From: Basidiobolus meristosporus CBS 931.73
Lineage: Eukaryota; Fungi; Basidiobolomycota
Length of the DNA: 64,000 bases
Direction: 5' to 3'
Assembly: GCA_002104905.1 (NCBI GenBank)
Contig: MCFE01000427.1
Location: forward strand, 1 to 64,000
Part shown: one piece after another, positions 36,519 through 48,560 of the stretch
Position numbering within the stretch: the first letter of the stretch is position 1
How the letters are laid out: each line of letters begins with the position of its first letter
The notes under the pieces: model-generated
What the model saw: the letters and a program-made list of their open reading frames with translations, nothing else
Databases searched by the model: none
Told to the model about the DNA's origin: nothing
Translations under genes and position numbers: made by a program

Positions 36519-36900
36519 CAGATGATGTTAGTTGGAATCCTAAAATGAGCAAATAAACATCCATCTGATTTCTGTGTTCATTGCCCTCCAACGAAGTACA
36601 ATACATTTGCTGATATTATGATATAATCAGAAAGAATTGGAATAACTCCACATGGATAATGATATCATTTTCCCCCTAATTCTTATATAGTGTTGTCGGT
36701 AATCCCTACTCCAAATGCACTCGTTGACTCATCTCTATATAGGAAATCACGCATTGTGGAGAGGCTTGGATCTAAAATATAATTGGGCACACTATGCAAT
36801 GTATGGACCCTTACTAGTACTCAACAAGCATCCACACGCTTTTCTAGATCCCTTAACCTACAATTCATTTATTACTTAGCACAACCGTAATATACGGTGA

Positions 36901-37182
36901 TTACAGACAAACAGCACAGCAGTGAGTGTTTGGTTGAGCTTGACATGTACCGCAAGATGCCGTGAGGCCAGCCTCGCAAGTGGCCATCCTGACCCAGCTG
37001 CCATTTCCGTTGGAGTCGGCAACACATCTGAAAATCCCATTTCCATTATAGCCCACAGCATATGTACAAGGCCGCCCGGCCATGGCTCCTGAATTGCACC
37101 CACCAACGATAGCGCTTTCGACAAGTGATAAGAGCCCCACCGAGGGCATCAGAGAGCAGAGGAGGCAAATGAAGAAACGCAT
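36901..37182 (-). CDS. Small secreted Cys-rich protein (93 aa), possibly CBM19-like, copy A
   Basis: Signal peptide, 9 Cys in the mature region, TATAAA ~45 bp upstream. Duplicated at 38981-39262. Confidence 0.75.
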   Translation of the reverse strand: MRFFICLLCSLMPSVGLLSLVESAIVGGCNSGAMAGRPCTYAVGYNGNGIFRCVADSNGNGSWVRMATCEAGLTASCGTCQAQPNTHCCAVCL

Positions 37183-38980
37183 GATAGTGAACCAAGTGTA
37201 AGGAAGAGTGATGGGATGATGGACGATTTATACTGTGGCACTCCTGTTGTCCCTTTTCGACCTTAGTCATGGATACAAGGATGCTAATCCATGCTTAGTG
37301 CTAATAACTAAGGTTTGAGAAAATCCATATCTGCTCCCTAGAATACTATTCAGGACAAGAGGGGAGCGCACAGAAGTTTAGTGCTGCAGTAAGCGGCATT
37401 GTTCCTGCTTTTGATTTACTACCCCTCATGCCGATATTTGGTAATAGCTTAGCAACCAAAAACAGGCCATCATGCATACCATCCTGTAGTTGATTAGTAA
37501 TAGCAATGCTGTAACAATACCGATGTACTGTTCAGCGTTGATTATGAGGATTTAGTAACAAGAGAGAAGGCACTAGTGGGTTTCTGTATAAAGAGACAGT
37601 TAGCTGCAGATGAATGAAAAATGGGAGCGTATATTGAACAACGTATATGAAATAAACAAAAGTCAATATTTATTACGATTGGAAATATTCAGCCTGCAGT
37701 TTCGTTGGATTCAGTGGCTGTTGGTGCTTTTGCTCGCTACACAACCAAATCAAATCAATCAATCGGCATAATCATAAGTGGTTACCCGATGTTTCATTTG
37801 TCAACAGCTTTCAATTGATCCTGGTTGTATGTGAATATAGGTAGATGTAGACACCAATGTACCCTCACTTTCTTGTTCATCCACAGCAATATTAATGCTG
37901 ATGCTTCCAATTGAATTTAAACTTGCATTTTAGCGACTTACACCCACTTCTCAGCTCATGCACATACTAGAGAAGAATACGGCTAAACTAAGGGGTATTA
38001 ACCCTAACCCTAAGTCGACTTCAAGATATTTGTGCAGGCGGTCAACGACTAAGTTGGTATCCTAAAAGTTGCACGAACCAATAAAAATCATCGAACAAAT
38101 ACTTGCTGACAACTGGCACACGTTATCCAGATTGACCATCGAAAGTCACAACGATTTCAACCTGACTGTCGCAATATTGGTAGTGGGCTATTAGCAGCAT
38201 AAGCAACGAGGAGAACTTTTGTTCCTGAATGGTGTGCTATTCGGCAGTACTCGTGGAAATAGACTCTTTGGAGTCAATGCTACAGCCAAATCGGAAGATT
38301 CTGAGCTATTGTGACAACCAAGTGAAAGATATTGGGCATTAAAAATATTGCTTCACACATTCCAGCCAATTTCGAGGATTCCGGGCATTAAAAATAAACA
38401 TCCACCAACTAAAGCCATTGCAATATGGTTTTTTGCCTAAAAGTAAATATTGAAATCAAATCGTTTGATCACCCTACTGTTCCATAGGCCTCATTAGATT
38501 TTCATTTGCTCAAACTATCGAACAAGTACTGTGCATCATCAACAATAAGTGAATATATATGGGAATACCAACGGTCGATTCAGGGACAGTTAGCATGATC
38601 TTTTGCATATTATGGGAACAAGAATGTGTGATTTCTTCTAATTTTCTGGACAAAATACTAGGTTAGTGAAGCTGATTTCTGCGACATATTCTCCCCTTAA
38701 CTTTTCGTAGCAGCAATAATACTCATGGTTGACCTCGTTGGCTTGATACCAAACATTGTAATTCTTGCTCTGAGCAGTCATGACCATACTGAGATGCATG
38801 TCAAATCTGCAAATCAGGCAGCTTTCAAAGAGAACATCAGATATTTGAAGGGCCTCAAAATCTTGAGAATCGATTGATATGGAACTCACGCGCAATAATA
38901 GACTAAGAGTTGCTAACACTAAACAGGCGTGGTAATTACCAGATCTATTTATTACTAAATACAACTGTGATATATGGTGA

Positions 38981-39262
38981 TTACAGACAAACAGCACAGC
39001 AGTGAGTGTTTGGTTGAGCTTGACATGTACCGCAAGATGCCGTGAGGCCAGCCTCGCAAGTGGCCATCCTGACCCAGCTGCCATTTCCGTTGGAGTCGGC
39101 AACACATCTGAAAATCCCATTTCCATTATAGCCCACAGCATATGTACAAGGCCGCCCGGCCATGGCTCCTGAATTGCACCCACCAACGATAGCGCTTTCG
39201 ACAAGTGATAAGAGCCCCACCGAGGGCATCAGAGAGCAGAGGAGGCAAATGAAGAAACGCAT
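38981..39262 (-). CDS. Small secreted Cys-rich protein (93 aa), possibly CBM19-like, copy B
   Basis: Protein identical to copy A; flanks diverge shortly beyond the CDS. Confidence 0.75.
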   Translation of the reverse strand: MRFFICLLCSLMPSVGLLSLVESAIVGGCNSGAMAGRPCTYAVGYNGNGIFRCVADSNGNGSWVRMATCEAGLTASCGTCQAQPNTHCCAVCL

Positions 39263-39826
39263 GATAGTGAACCAAGTGTAAGGAAGAGTGATGGGATGGT
39301 GGATGATTTATACTGTGGCACTCCTGCTGCCCCTTTTCGGGCATTTTCATGGATGCAAGGGTACTAATCCATGCTTCCACATTACTGATAGAGTGGATGA
39401 TCCAGAGAAGCATGGGGTAATTACCAAGGCTTTAGTGAATCCATGTTTGTTCCCTGCAGAACTACTGAGGACGAGAGCGCAGCGCACAGAAGAAGTCAAG
39501 TGCAGCAGCAAGCGGGTTTATTCCAGCTCTGGATTTACCGACCATCCATGCGGATATTTGGTGATGGCTTAGCAGTCAAGAACAGGCCATCATGTACATT
39601 ATACTCTAATTGCTTGGAATCAACAATGCTACTACAATAGCACTATTATAGTCACCAAAACTGATTCCTTCATTTCAATTCAATAATCATCTGACAAATA
39701 GATTTTATTAATGATTCTTACTCAATGAAAGTACAAAAATACTACTGGTTGATTGCATGTTGGCCGGTGACTATTGACATGAATTCAGGATCTAGCTAAT
39801 ATCAATCAATCGCCTGTGAAAGTCAG

Positions 39827-40066
39827 CTAATCGCTGCATTGAATGAGGGAGCATGACTTGCAGTTGGTGTAGTTGGGCCAGCCTTGGGCTTGGCATTTCA
39901 CATTCTGGTCAGTGCACTGCACGGTGGTTCCGGAGACATAGCAAGATCTGGTACCGAGGGAGAGGGCGCTGGCACACTTCTGGGCGGAGGAGCCGCATTG
40001 AAGAGAGAACTGGGTGGCGCTGACGGCCAAGCCGAAGAAAGCGATGACAAGAGCAGCAGTACGCAT
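39827..40066 (-). CDS. Small secreted 8-Cys protein (79 aa), copy 1 (Ala variant)
   Basis: Signal peptide MRTAALVIAFFGLAVSA; C-X6-C-X10-C-X8-C-X6-C-X10-C-X2-C-X4-C; TATAAAA ~62 bp upstream. Confidence 0.88.
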   Translation of the reverse strand: MRTAALVIAFFGLAVSATQFSLQCGSSAQKCASALSLGTRSCYVSGTTVQCTDQNVKCQAQGWPNYTNCKSCSLIQCSD

Positions 40067-40930
40067 TAGTGTAGATGGAGTTGGAGCGTTGTAGGTGTTT
40101 GTGATGTCCGTAGGTACTGCGTTGATCTTTTATAACAGACAGCTTTAGTTGAGATACCGTAAAAATGGAGTCGGACAGAGGATTCTGCACTTCTCCAGGT
40201 CACACTATCATGCGGACTATTTTTAGTGGCTGAGGAAAAGAGCCGGCTCGGCTTGATGAATTGATAGGCCTAGTCAAGCAAGGATTTTATGGACCACTAT
40301 CCGCATTCTTAGCCCCGGGTTACGAGACATTACTCCATAAAGAACCTCACATCAAAATTGGTGATTGATAATGAAATGCAACGGTGTAAAGCCCCTGGCT
40401 GGAATGGCTATATCCTAGCACCAGCCTTTGATAAGTCGACCCAATGGAAAGCAAAAGGAAAGTGGGATAAATCTCCGGTACAACTGAAAGGGCCAATAAG
40501 ATTGATTGATTCGCTGGCGAGAGGTTACGCCACGAGTAAGTTCAGTAAGACTGTTACATCAGTATAGCGCAACCCATGAGTGGAAAATTGAAACAATCAA
40601 TTCTCTGGTACAATGTCGATCTGACCCATATTAGTGAAATAGTACAAAATCATCAGAGATGTTTAACAAGGTTATTGGTCCATGCTTATTATGAATTCCT
40701 TGACACAATTCCGGTCCATTCCATGCTTGAAAATGAAGTTGCACAAAACCTTATTAAACAACTAACGAGATGCCTTCGTATTTTGTTTCATTTATTCACA
40801 AAGGTTGCTAGCTGACACTTTAAATTTGATGAAAATGCTGAATGATAACCGGGTTCAATCAGAATGACCTGATGATGCTTGCCAGGTCAAGGTAGCCTCG
40901 GAATCGCATTCAGTCGCCAGTAAAAGCCAG

Positions 40931-41170
40931 CTAATCGCTGCATTGAATGAGGGAGCATGACTTGCAGTTGGTGTAGTTGGGCCAGCCTTGGGCTTGGCAT
41001 TTCACATTCTGGTCGGTGCATTGCACGGTGGTTCCGGAGACATAGCAAGATCTGGTACCGAGGGAGAGGGAGCTGGCACACTTCTGGGCGGAGGAGCCGC
41101 ATTGGAGAGAGAACTGGGTGGCGCTGACGGCCAAGCCGAAGAAAGCGATGACAAGAGCAGCAGTACGCAT
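40931..41170 (-). CDS. Small secreted 8-Cys protein (79 aa), copy 2 (Ser variant)
   Basis: As copy 1, with ASSL instead of ASAL; TATAAAAA upstream. Confidence 0.88.
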   Translation of the reverse strand: MRTAALVIAFFGLAVSATQFSLQCGSSAQKCASSLSLGTRSCYVSGTTVQCTDQNVKCQAQGWPNYTNCKSCSLIQCSD

Positions 41171-42125
41171 TGGTATAGAAGAAGGTAGAACTTTGCAGAT
41201 GTTCGTGATGACTAGAGGTGTCTTGTTGCCTTTTTATAGCAGATGGGCATATTCAAAAAACTGGAAAAACGAAGCGAATTGACCAGAGGATTCCCGCTCC
41301 GTAAGGTCGTACTAATGTCCACAATTAAGATACAGGAAAAATGGAGTAGGACAGAGTACTATACACTTCTCCAGGTTACATTATCTTGCGGAGTATCTTC
41401 AGTTGTGTGTCCAGAATGCCTAATTGCTGAAGAAAAGAGCCGACTCGGCTTGATGGGGTTTGATAGGCGCAATCAAGCAAGGATTTCCACGACCACTATC
41501 CACAACCGATTTACGAGTTATTGCTTCATTACGATTCTCACTTCGGAGTTGGTAATTAATAGTGAGAAGTAACTATGCAAAGTCCCTGGCTGTAAAGGCT
41601 CAAGACTAGGCCTGGCCTACAGCACATCGACCCATTGAAGAACGTTGGGAAGGTAGGAGTAATATCCGGCACAACCGAAAGAGCAATAGCCGTCGAGAGT
41701 ATAGAATGATTATCTGATGGGAAGTAGCGCCACTAGTAAGCTCAGTAGGATTTTTGTTTCGATTCAAATGCAATCCAGATGGAGCAGCCCATGAGTGGAA
41801 AATCGGAACAAATCAATTCTCAGGTACAACGTCGATCCATTCCATATCTGGAAGCGAAATAGTCCAAAACCATCTGCACTGTTCAAGTCATCCAGGTTAA
41901 TAATTGATACTTACTACGGATTCTCAGGCACAATACCGATCTACTTCATATTGGCAAGTGAGGGTGCACAAAATCCAGAACTTGTTAAAACTAATGAAAT
42001 ATATTGAAATTTTATTTGATTTATTAAAAATGTTATAAGATAACCGCATTCTTTCAGATAGACCTGATGATGTTTGCCAGGTCAACGTAGCCTCGGAACC
42101 GCATTCAGTCGCCAGTAAAAGCCAG

Positions 42126-42365
42126 CTAATCGCTGCATTGAATGAGGGAGCATGACTTGCAGTTGGTGTAGTTGGGCCAGCCTTGGGCTTGGCATTTCAC
42201 ATTCTGGTCAGTGCACTGCACGGTGGTTCCGGAGACATAGCAAGATCTGGTACCGAGGGAGAGGGCGCTGGCACACTTCTGGGCGGAGGAGCCGCATTGG
42301 AGAGAGAACTGGGTGGCGCTGACGGCCAAGCCGAAGAAAGCGATGACAAGAGCAGCAGTACGCAT
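42126..42365 (-). CDS. Small secreted 8-Cys protein (79 aa), copy 3 (Ala variant)
   Basis: Protein identical to copy 1; upstream ~130 bp nearly identical to copy 2. Confidence 0.88.
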   Translation of the reverse strand: MRTAALVIAFFGLAVSATQFSLQCGSSAQKCASALSLGTRSCYVSGTTVQCTDQNVKCQAQGWPNYTNCKSCSLIQCSD

Positions 42366-43311
42366 TGGTATAGAAGAAGGTAGAACTTTGCAGATGTTCG
42401 TGATGACTAGAGGTGTCTTGTTGCATTTTTATAGCAGATGGGCATATTCAAGAAACTGGAAAAACGAAGCGAATTGACCAGAGGATTCCGCGCTCCGTAT
42501 GGTCGCACCAATATGCATGGTACCGTTGGCTGTGTCGGGTATGTCTAGAATATGTCTTTATGTTTGACGGAAATAGCTGATGCGGTTTGATTGGTAAAAT
42601 CTCGCCAGCACAGCAAGAGATGTGACAATCGTTTACCACAAGTAATTACCACGGGCCATTGCTTCACAAAGATCCTCCCATCAGAATTTGTATTCACGAG
42701 TGGAAATCTGACAGAAACGGCTGACGACTAGGCCGAATCTACGTTAGTGCAACCTATTAGAGAATACGAGAAATCGGATACAATATCCCGCAAAACTCGA
42801 AGTTCACTGGTCGTAAATAAAGCCGATTGGTTCACTGGCTTATATTAATATTGTCCACATAATCCAGATGGAGAAATACGTACACATAAACAGCAATAAC
42901 CAACCAATCAATGCCCGGTACGGTGTGTGCAATTGAAGGTAAAAAATAATCCGAACTTTCATTTTATCCAATTATTCGGCCAAATCGGCGCTGTAAAGGA
43001 TTGATTTTATTTGTATGTAATAAATTTCAGTTTGGAAATAATTCACTTGCTGTTGTCCTGATCATGCCTGCATAATATATTCGGTTAGTGTCATCCTGTT
43101 ATGTCTCACGAGAGTTAAGCCAACCGGGATAATGAGCAAAGGGTGAATCGTTTCTTTATTTATTAAGGTCACAGCTCCAATCCATGTGCAGTAATACTTG
43201 AAACTGTTGAAAATGTTGTGTAATAAAGGCGGTTCTCAACGAAAAAGTTCTGATGATGCTTGCCAGGTCAAGGTAGCCTCGGAATCGCATTCAGTCGCCA
43301 TTAAAAGCCAG

Positions 43312-43551
43312 CTAATCGCTGCATTGGATGAGGGAGCATGACTTGCAGTTGGTGTAGTTGGGCCAGCCTTGGGCTTGGCATTTCACATTCTGGTCGGTGC
43401 ACTGCACGGTGGTTCCGGAGACATAGCAAGATCTGGTACCGAGGGAGAGGGAGCTGGCACACTTCTGGGCGGAGGAGCCGCATTGGAGAGAGAACTGGGT
43501 GGCGCTGACGGCCAAGCCGAAGAAAGCGATGACAAGAGCAGCAGTACGCAT
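43312..43551 (-). CDS. Small secreted 8-Cys protein (79 aa), copy 4 (Ser variant)
   Basis: ATG at 43551; protein identical to copy 2; TATATAA upstream. Confidence 0.88.
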   Translation of the reverse strand: MRTAALVIAFFGLAVSATQFSLQCGSSAQKCASSLSLGTRSCYVSGTTVQCTDQNVKCQAQGWPNYTNCKSCSLIQCSD

Positions 43552-44870
43552 TGGTGTAGATGAAGTTAGAACTTTGCAAGTGTTTGCAAAATCTACAGGT
43601 ACCATCCTCCACTTATATATCAGTTGACTACAATAGCGATCCAGGGAATATAAAGTGAGCATGACCGAGAGTATCTTCTTTCTCGACCATGTCATCTTTT
43701 AACTGACTTGGTGCAACGTGAAATGTAATTACGAGTCATGGCGTCAAGGAAATTCGCACTGCAGTTCGACACAGCACCATAATTTGTGGCCAATAGTGAA
43801 ATGTTACTAAAAAGAATCTCAGTCATGAGACTAGGCCCTACTCGTGATACGGGCAAGGTGGCAAAAACATCGGGTGGCACTAAAGCCGACTGGTTCCTGG
43901 GCAAAACACATCTACTATCAGATTCAAGAATAATCTAGCAGGGGTTATACATGTTTAACGGTGGAGATTAATTGAAATTCAATGCCGATCTGCTCCATAT
44001 AAAGGCCTTACCTGTATCTATGTCTGGTGCTGAATAGAATATGCACGAAGTAACGAAGTTAAAAGCAAACAGGAGTGAACTAGGTAACTAATCAGCTATT
44101 ATTGTTACAGAAATAAATATAATACCTTGCGTAAAATGCGACATTTGTTGTTAGTTAATCCATGTCAAGTAAAATGTGTTAGGTAAACTAATCCAACTCA
44201 CTATGTTAAATGGTATCAAACTGTATGCCTGAGGGAATGATATGGAGAATCAAACAAGAGCACATCTTAACTTTACTTACGCATACAGACGGCCTAAGCA
44301 TATGCACTACTTTTATTGTTATTGTCATTATATCACGGCAGTATGCTTTCCAGTAGAGGCCGTAATAAGATTGGGTAGAACGGTATACACATCTCCAATG
44401 TAAATTATATTCAAATCACCGTCGTAAGTGGCAACTTTATAGCATCAATTCCCACAAGCTTACAGAGAATCATTGGTCTAAATGTTGTCCATCATAGAAA
44501 GGAAAGTTCCACACCCAGTACCACGCATACAACATTACCTTTGATTGTGCAACTCATTCAGCATAAATACTTAGACCTCGCTACCCAATGTATATCTTAG
44601 TGTTGTATGTTTTGATTAGGCTTTGAGCTTCCTGGGAAGAGTTGTTACGGAAATTGATAATGCATCCACAAATATAGGCCATGTAAGCCACGACTAGACA
44701 ATGGAATTCGATGAAACTCACCACTGTGAAAGAGCTACCGATTCCAAATATAAAACGCAAATTACAATCTTCTAACATGAAAAACAAAGGAACAACCAAA
44801 CACTTCGCAAACTGTTTAATCACTCCTTAACCTCCATGGGATACAACATGAAACCCACAGAGTGGGAAGT

Positions 44871-44943
44871 GGCCTCGTAGCTCAGTGGATAGAGCGTCCG
44901 CCTCCTAAGCGGAAGGTCCCAGGTTCGACCCCTGGCTTGGTTA
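44871..44943 (+). tRNA. tRNA-Arg(CCT), with two acceptor-stem mismatches
   Basis: Cloverleaf: D stem GCTC/GAGC, anticodon stem TCCGC/GCGGA with loop CT-CCT-AA, T stem CCAGG/CCTGG with TTCGA, T-run terminator. Acceptor GGCCTCG/CTTGGTT pairs imperfectly. Confidence 0.8.
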
Positions 44944-45559
44944 TTTTTGAAGTATAGTAGAAAGCTGTCTAGCTCAAGGTAGGATGAAATGTATATCACC
45001 TGTTCCACCGGATTCAACATCTGGATCCTATCTTTCACTCTCCTTCCAATTTTACCACTCATTTTCGCTTGGTTTAATACGCATTCTCTGTCGATTACTA
45101 AATCAATAAAGGCAAGGTATCCAAAGTTTCTTGTTAACGCGTGGTACAATGACCACAAATACCAGCCAATTGGGACGAAAGAGTTTGTGCCAATCACAGA
45201 ACTATCAGTAACGCTGATCGAAGCTTTGGTAAAGAGTGTGCTGCAGTAGGATATTTGCCAAAGTCTAGCAGCAAAGATTGTAGAAATCATATTTTCCTTT
45301 AAATTGGTGGTTTTGGTATTAGTAGCACTAGCCATGGAGAAGGCAGATTGTAATATCTTCAGTTAGAGCTTGAGCCAGAGAAACCTGCATTTCAAGTTTG
45401 GCATCAGTCAGCTCATCGATTCCAAAAACATATGTATCTAAAATGTTGAATGACAAGTGACGTTTTTGTTGCAGATTATATTAGGCTACCTTCGAGCATC
45501 AGGCACTTCATGAAACCTTCTCAATGGAGAATTGTATTTGAAGATGCTATAGCAGCTTT

Positions 45560-46215
45560 CGTGGACTATTCTGACACATGACATTGATGCTGAATATACA
45601 AGAAACAACTAGATGAAGGTAAAAAGCATTGCCCAACAGTACCCACACGATTGTTCGACACTGGCTTTGAGAAATTCGTTTCCTCCCAAGTGGCAGGCCC
45701 TACCAGATACGACGTCCTCATTGCTGGTCATTCTTTCTACTCTTTAAAGTCCCTGGCACCTGTGATGGACTCCATCTTCTACAAGCTTCTTGCACCTGGT
45801 GGCTGCCTCACCATTATTCACGCCACTCCGGCCGACTTTCAGTGCTCGCTAGCGATGACACTCTTCAATAAAGGCCAGCCTCGAACACACGTCCAAATTC
45901 TCCGGGAGGTAATCAAGCAGCTGGACCCACTATCCTGCTCAGGTGACAGTTGAATACCCTCGCTAAGCTCCGAAGAATCACTAGTCCAGGTCCGGATCAA
46001 CGATCTCTATGTCAGTGTGAGATGTTGTCTTGCCGGATACAACAAGGGTGTATGCAACTCCAGGGCTCCGCTAAGCTTCTTCGTTGGAAAAGATCTCAGG
46101 CTGGCCAATTCAGAACATCCAAGTTCCATTTTGAGAGCGCAGTGGATCAACCTCGAGTCTGATCAGTGGGTTCTGTGGCAGCCAGAGGTTAATCTCCCGG
46201 GCAATGATTGCTTCT
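45560..46215 (+). pseudogene. Remnant of a SAM-dependent methyltransferase, paralog of 62785-63432
   Basis: FDTGFEKFVSSQVAGPTRYDVLIAGHSFYSLK…LLAPGGCLTIIHAT matches the 62.8-kb gene. Most of the 5' part is missing and there is an in-frame stop at 45951-45953. Ends approximate. Confidence 0.82.
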
Positions 46216-46534
46216 AATCGGCCAGACCGTCTCCTTACGGTATGTATGCGGCTGAACGGGTGCTCTAAAGGGCGCTATCACTTTGCAATTCCCTAGCCAT
46301 GCACAGGCTGTGCCTGAATTTTATTACCTTGGCTTCTGCAGCTGATTCCTGACAATTGATCGAATGTATCATGAAACAGACTGCAGCTGATCGTCATTGG
46401 GTCAGTATGTGTGCCTCTGATGGTGGCACAGTCCCGGATATTATTATCAGTAAAACGCTAGCTGGCGGAACATAAGAGTTTTCCTATAAAGGCCGACCAC
46501 CACAACCTTCGTTTACGTAGTAATAAATTCAACA

Positions 46535-47599
46535 ATGGCTTACTCAGATTTTGATCTAACTGTGATTCTGGTGACCATTTGCATTTTGATCGCCTCCTAC
46601 CTGGCTGTAGTGAGATCTCATCGATTCAGGAGAAGGAGCTACATCCAGCAGCTGTATGGACGGATTCAAACAAAAGATGAACACTACAAAGCCGTTGCCT
46701 ACCACAAAATCTTCCGGGAAACCACCGCAGACTTTCCACTAACCATGGACTTTGCACTTGGTTTAGCCAATGTCTATTTATGTGGCATTCCTAGTGTTAG
46801 CAAAAAACTTGCCGCCACTAAGCAGCTCACTGAAGCAACCGAGAAACGGTTCGAAGACACAGATATAATGTTGCGGGAGGTAATGGAGAACCCGCCTGGC
46901 AGTAGCCGCTCTGACATGGCACTTCGCCGGATCAATTATATGCATAGGCGTTACCAGATCAATTCGGAACATGCCTGGTATGTCTTTGGGCTCTATGTGT
47001 TCGTTACCATCGACATGATCTCCAAATACGAGTGGCGCTCGCTACTGGAGGCGGAGAAACAGGCCATCTACCAATACTGGATGGGCTATTTGGCCAAAAA
47101 GATGGGATTTTCTCCTAGCACAGTGATAGACAGCTATCAGAAGTTCGAGGGGTGGTTCCGTAAATACCATTCCAGGCACCAGGTTCACCATCCTCTGAAT
47201 TCACGACTAGGTAACGTCACATTGGAGTATTTCCGGTCCATACTTCCGACATACCTTCAGTGGCTCTCTGACCCTGTGGTTTTGAGCCTATGCGGGCCCC
47301 TGGAGCTTCATGCTATCTTCCACTGCCCGGATATGCCCGACTGTGCAAACGAACGGCTAAAGCGTAGGGTTTGGCCTTCTCTGCTGATATCTGGTGGTTT
47401 TTTTTTGCGACGATGCATTGTCAGGTACCTCTGCTTCCCTAAGGAAATACCCCGGCGCACCCCTGAATCCAAGCGCCCAGATGGGAGTTACGTGCCCAAC
47501 TGGGAAATCTCCCCGGGTTGTATCTATGCGAATGGGTACAAGATTGAATCAATTGGCCCTCCAAAGTTTGCTCACAGGTTTGGCGAGCTCTACCATTAA
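46535..47599 (+). CDS. ER-bound oxygenase of the MpaB'/DUF2236 (rubber-oxygenase-like catalytic) family, 354 aa
   Basis: N-terminal TM anchor; GIPSVSKKLAATKQL, EKRFEDT, ALRRINYMHRRYQI motifs; TATAAA at 46485-46490; uninterrupted ORF. Confidence 0.85.
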   Translation: MAYSDFDLTVILVTICILIASYLAVVRSHRFRRRSYIQQLYGRIQTKDEHYKAVAYHKIFRETTADFPLTMDFALGLANVYLCGIPSVSKKLAATKQLTEATEKRFEDTDIMLREVMENPPGSSRSDMALRRINYMHRRYQINSEHAWYVFGLYVFVTIDMISKYEWRSLLEAEKQAIYQYWMGYLAKKMGFSPSTVIDSYQKFEGWFRKYHSRHQVHHPLNSRLGNVTLEYFRSILPTYLQWLSDPVVLSLCGPLELHAIFHCPDMPDCANERLKRRVWPSLLISGGFFLRRCIVRYLCFPKEIPRRTPESKRPDGSYVPNWEISPGCIYANGYKIESIGPPKFAHRFGELYH

Positions 47600-48487
47600 G
47601 TTGTGCTTTTGTATAGCTGGCGTCACGCTATAAACACTTCAAAGTATGGGATTTACAGGCTCTGAGGCTTATCGCAGGCTGTGATATTGATACCTCATTT
47701 TTACAAGCGATTTCCATATACATGATATTATGGCTATTTATTCAGTTTGCAATTGTCAGTCTTTAGCGGTTTATTTGTGTCGTTCACTTTTGAGATCTGT
47801 TAGTATGGAGGTGCACTATTCAGCTATATTAATGCGTATTTATGGATCCAATCATCAATAGGAATCGAATTCGCAGAACTAAACAGGCGAATCTCGCAAA
47901 AGTATCATTGTAGGGTAGAGACAAACCTTTTAGCGGTGGGCATATTCAAAGTACTCACAATGTATTGAGGACCGTTGAAGCTCAGCAAGCGTTTCGAGGG
48001 ATTCTATCACTTTCTGGAGAAAGAAACCCCACTATACTGTGACCTGATACATCTAAGTGTATGATATATCGCGTGCTATTCAACCCTAGTTGGCATGAAG
48101 CATATGTCTTTTTTATCTGATACATACTCCTCCATTTTTAGAGAATTCAGTGTTAAGCTCAATAAACTCAGATCGGAGCGGTTAACATTGATTGGTGATT
48201 CGATCAATTTTCGGACTGTGAAAATTGTCTATCTTTTATTTGAGTGCTGGGTTATAGTTATATACTTCTAAGAATTCGCGCAGAAATTTTCAAATGATTT
48301 CAAGCACAATAGTCGGTCTATTTGGAACCGAGTCGCTATAAAATTAACTATCACATGGAATGTAAGTTATGATATAAACCATGCGAGGCACAGTTAATAA
48401 AGCAGTTCTCTTTTGACAATTGAAGTGGTTACGTTTGATCTTTTTCCTTTTGTAGGATTGGATAATCCAAAAACGACAGGTATATGC

Positions 48488-48560
48488 GGGGCGTTGGCCT
48501 AATGGATAAGGCATCAGACTTCGGATCTGGGGATTGTGGGTTCGAGTCCCATGCGCCTCG
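48488..48560 (+). tRNA. tRNA-Arg(TCG)
   Basis: Full cloverleaf: acceptor GGGGCGT/GCGCCTC, D stem GCCT/AGGC, anticodon loop CT-TCG-GA, T arm GTGGG-TTCGAGT-CCCAT, downstream T6 terminator. Confidence 0.93.

Noticed and set aside
37999-38013. Telomere-like TAACCCTAACCCTAA (and AGGGTTAGGGTTA at 55852-55864)
   Set aside because: Only about 2-2.5 units each, with no associated telomeric retroelement or breakpoint; compatible with chance.
44820-45335. 171-aa minus-strand ORF and 86-aa plus-strand ORF near tRNA-Arg(CCT)
   Set aside because: The long ORF runs antisense through the tRNA, and neither has recognisable motifs.
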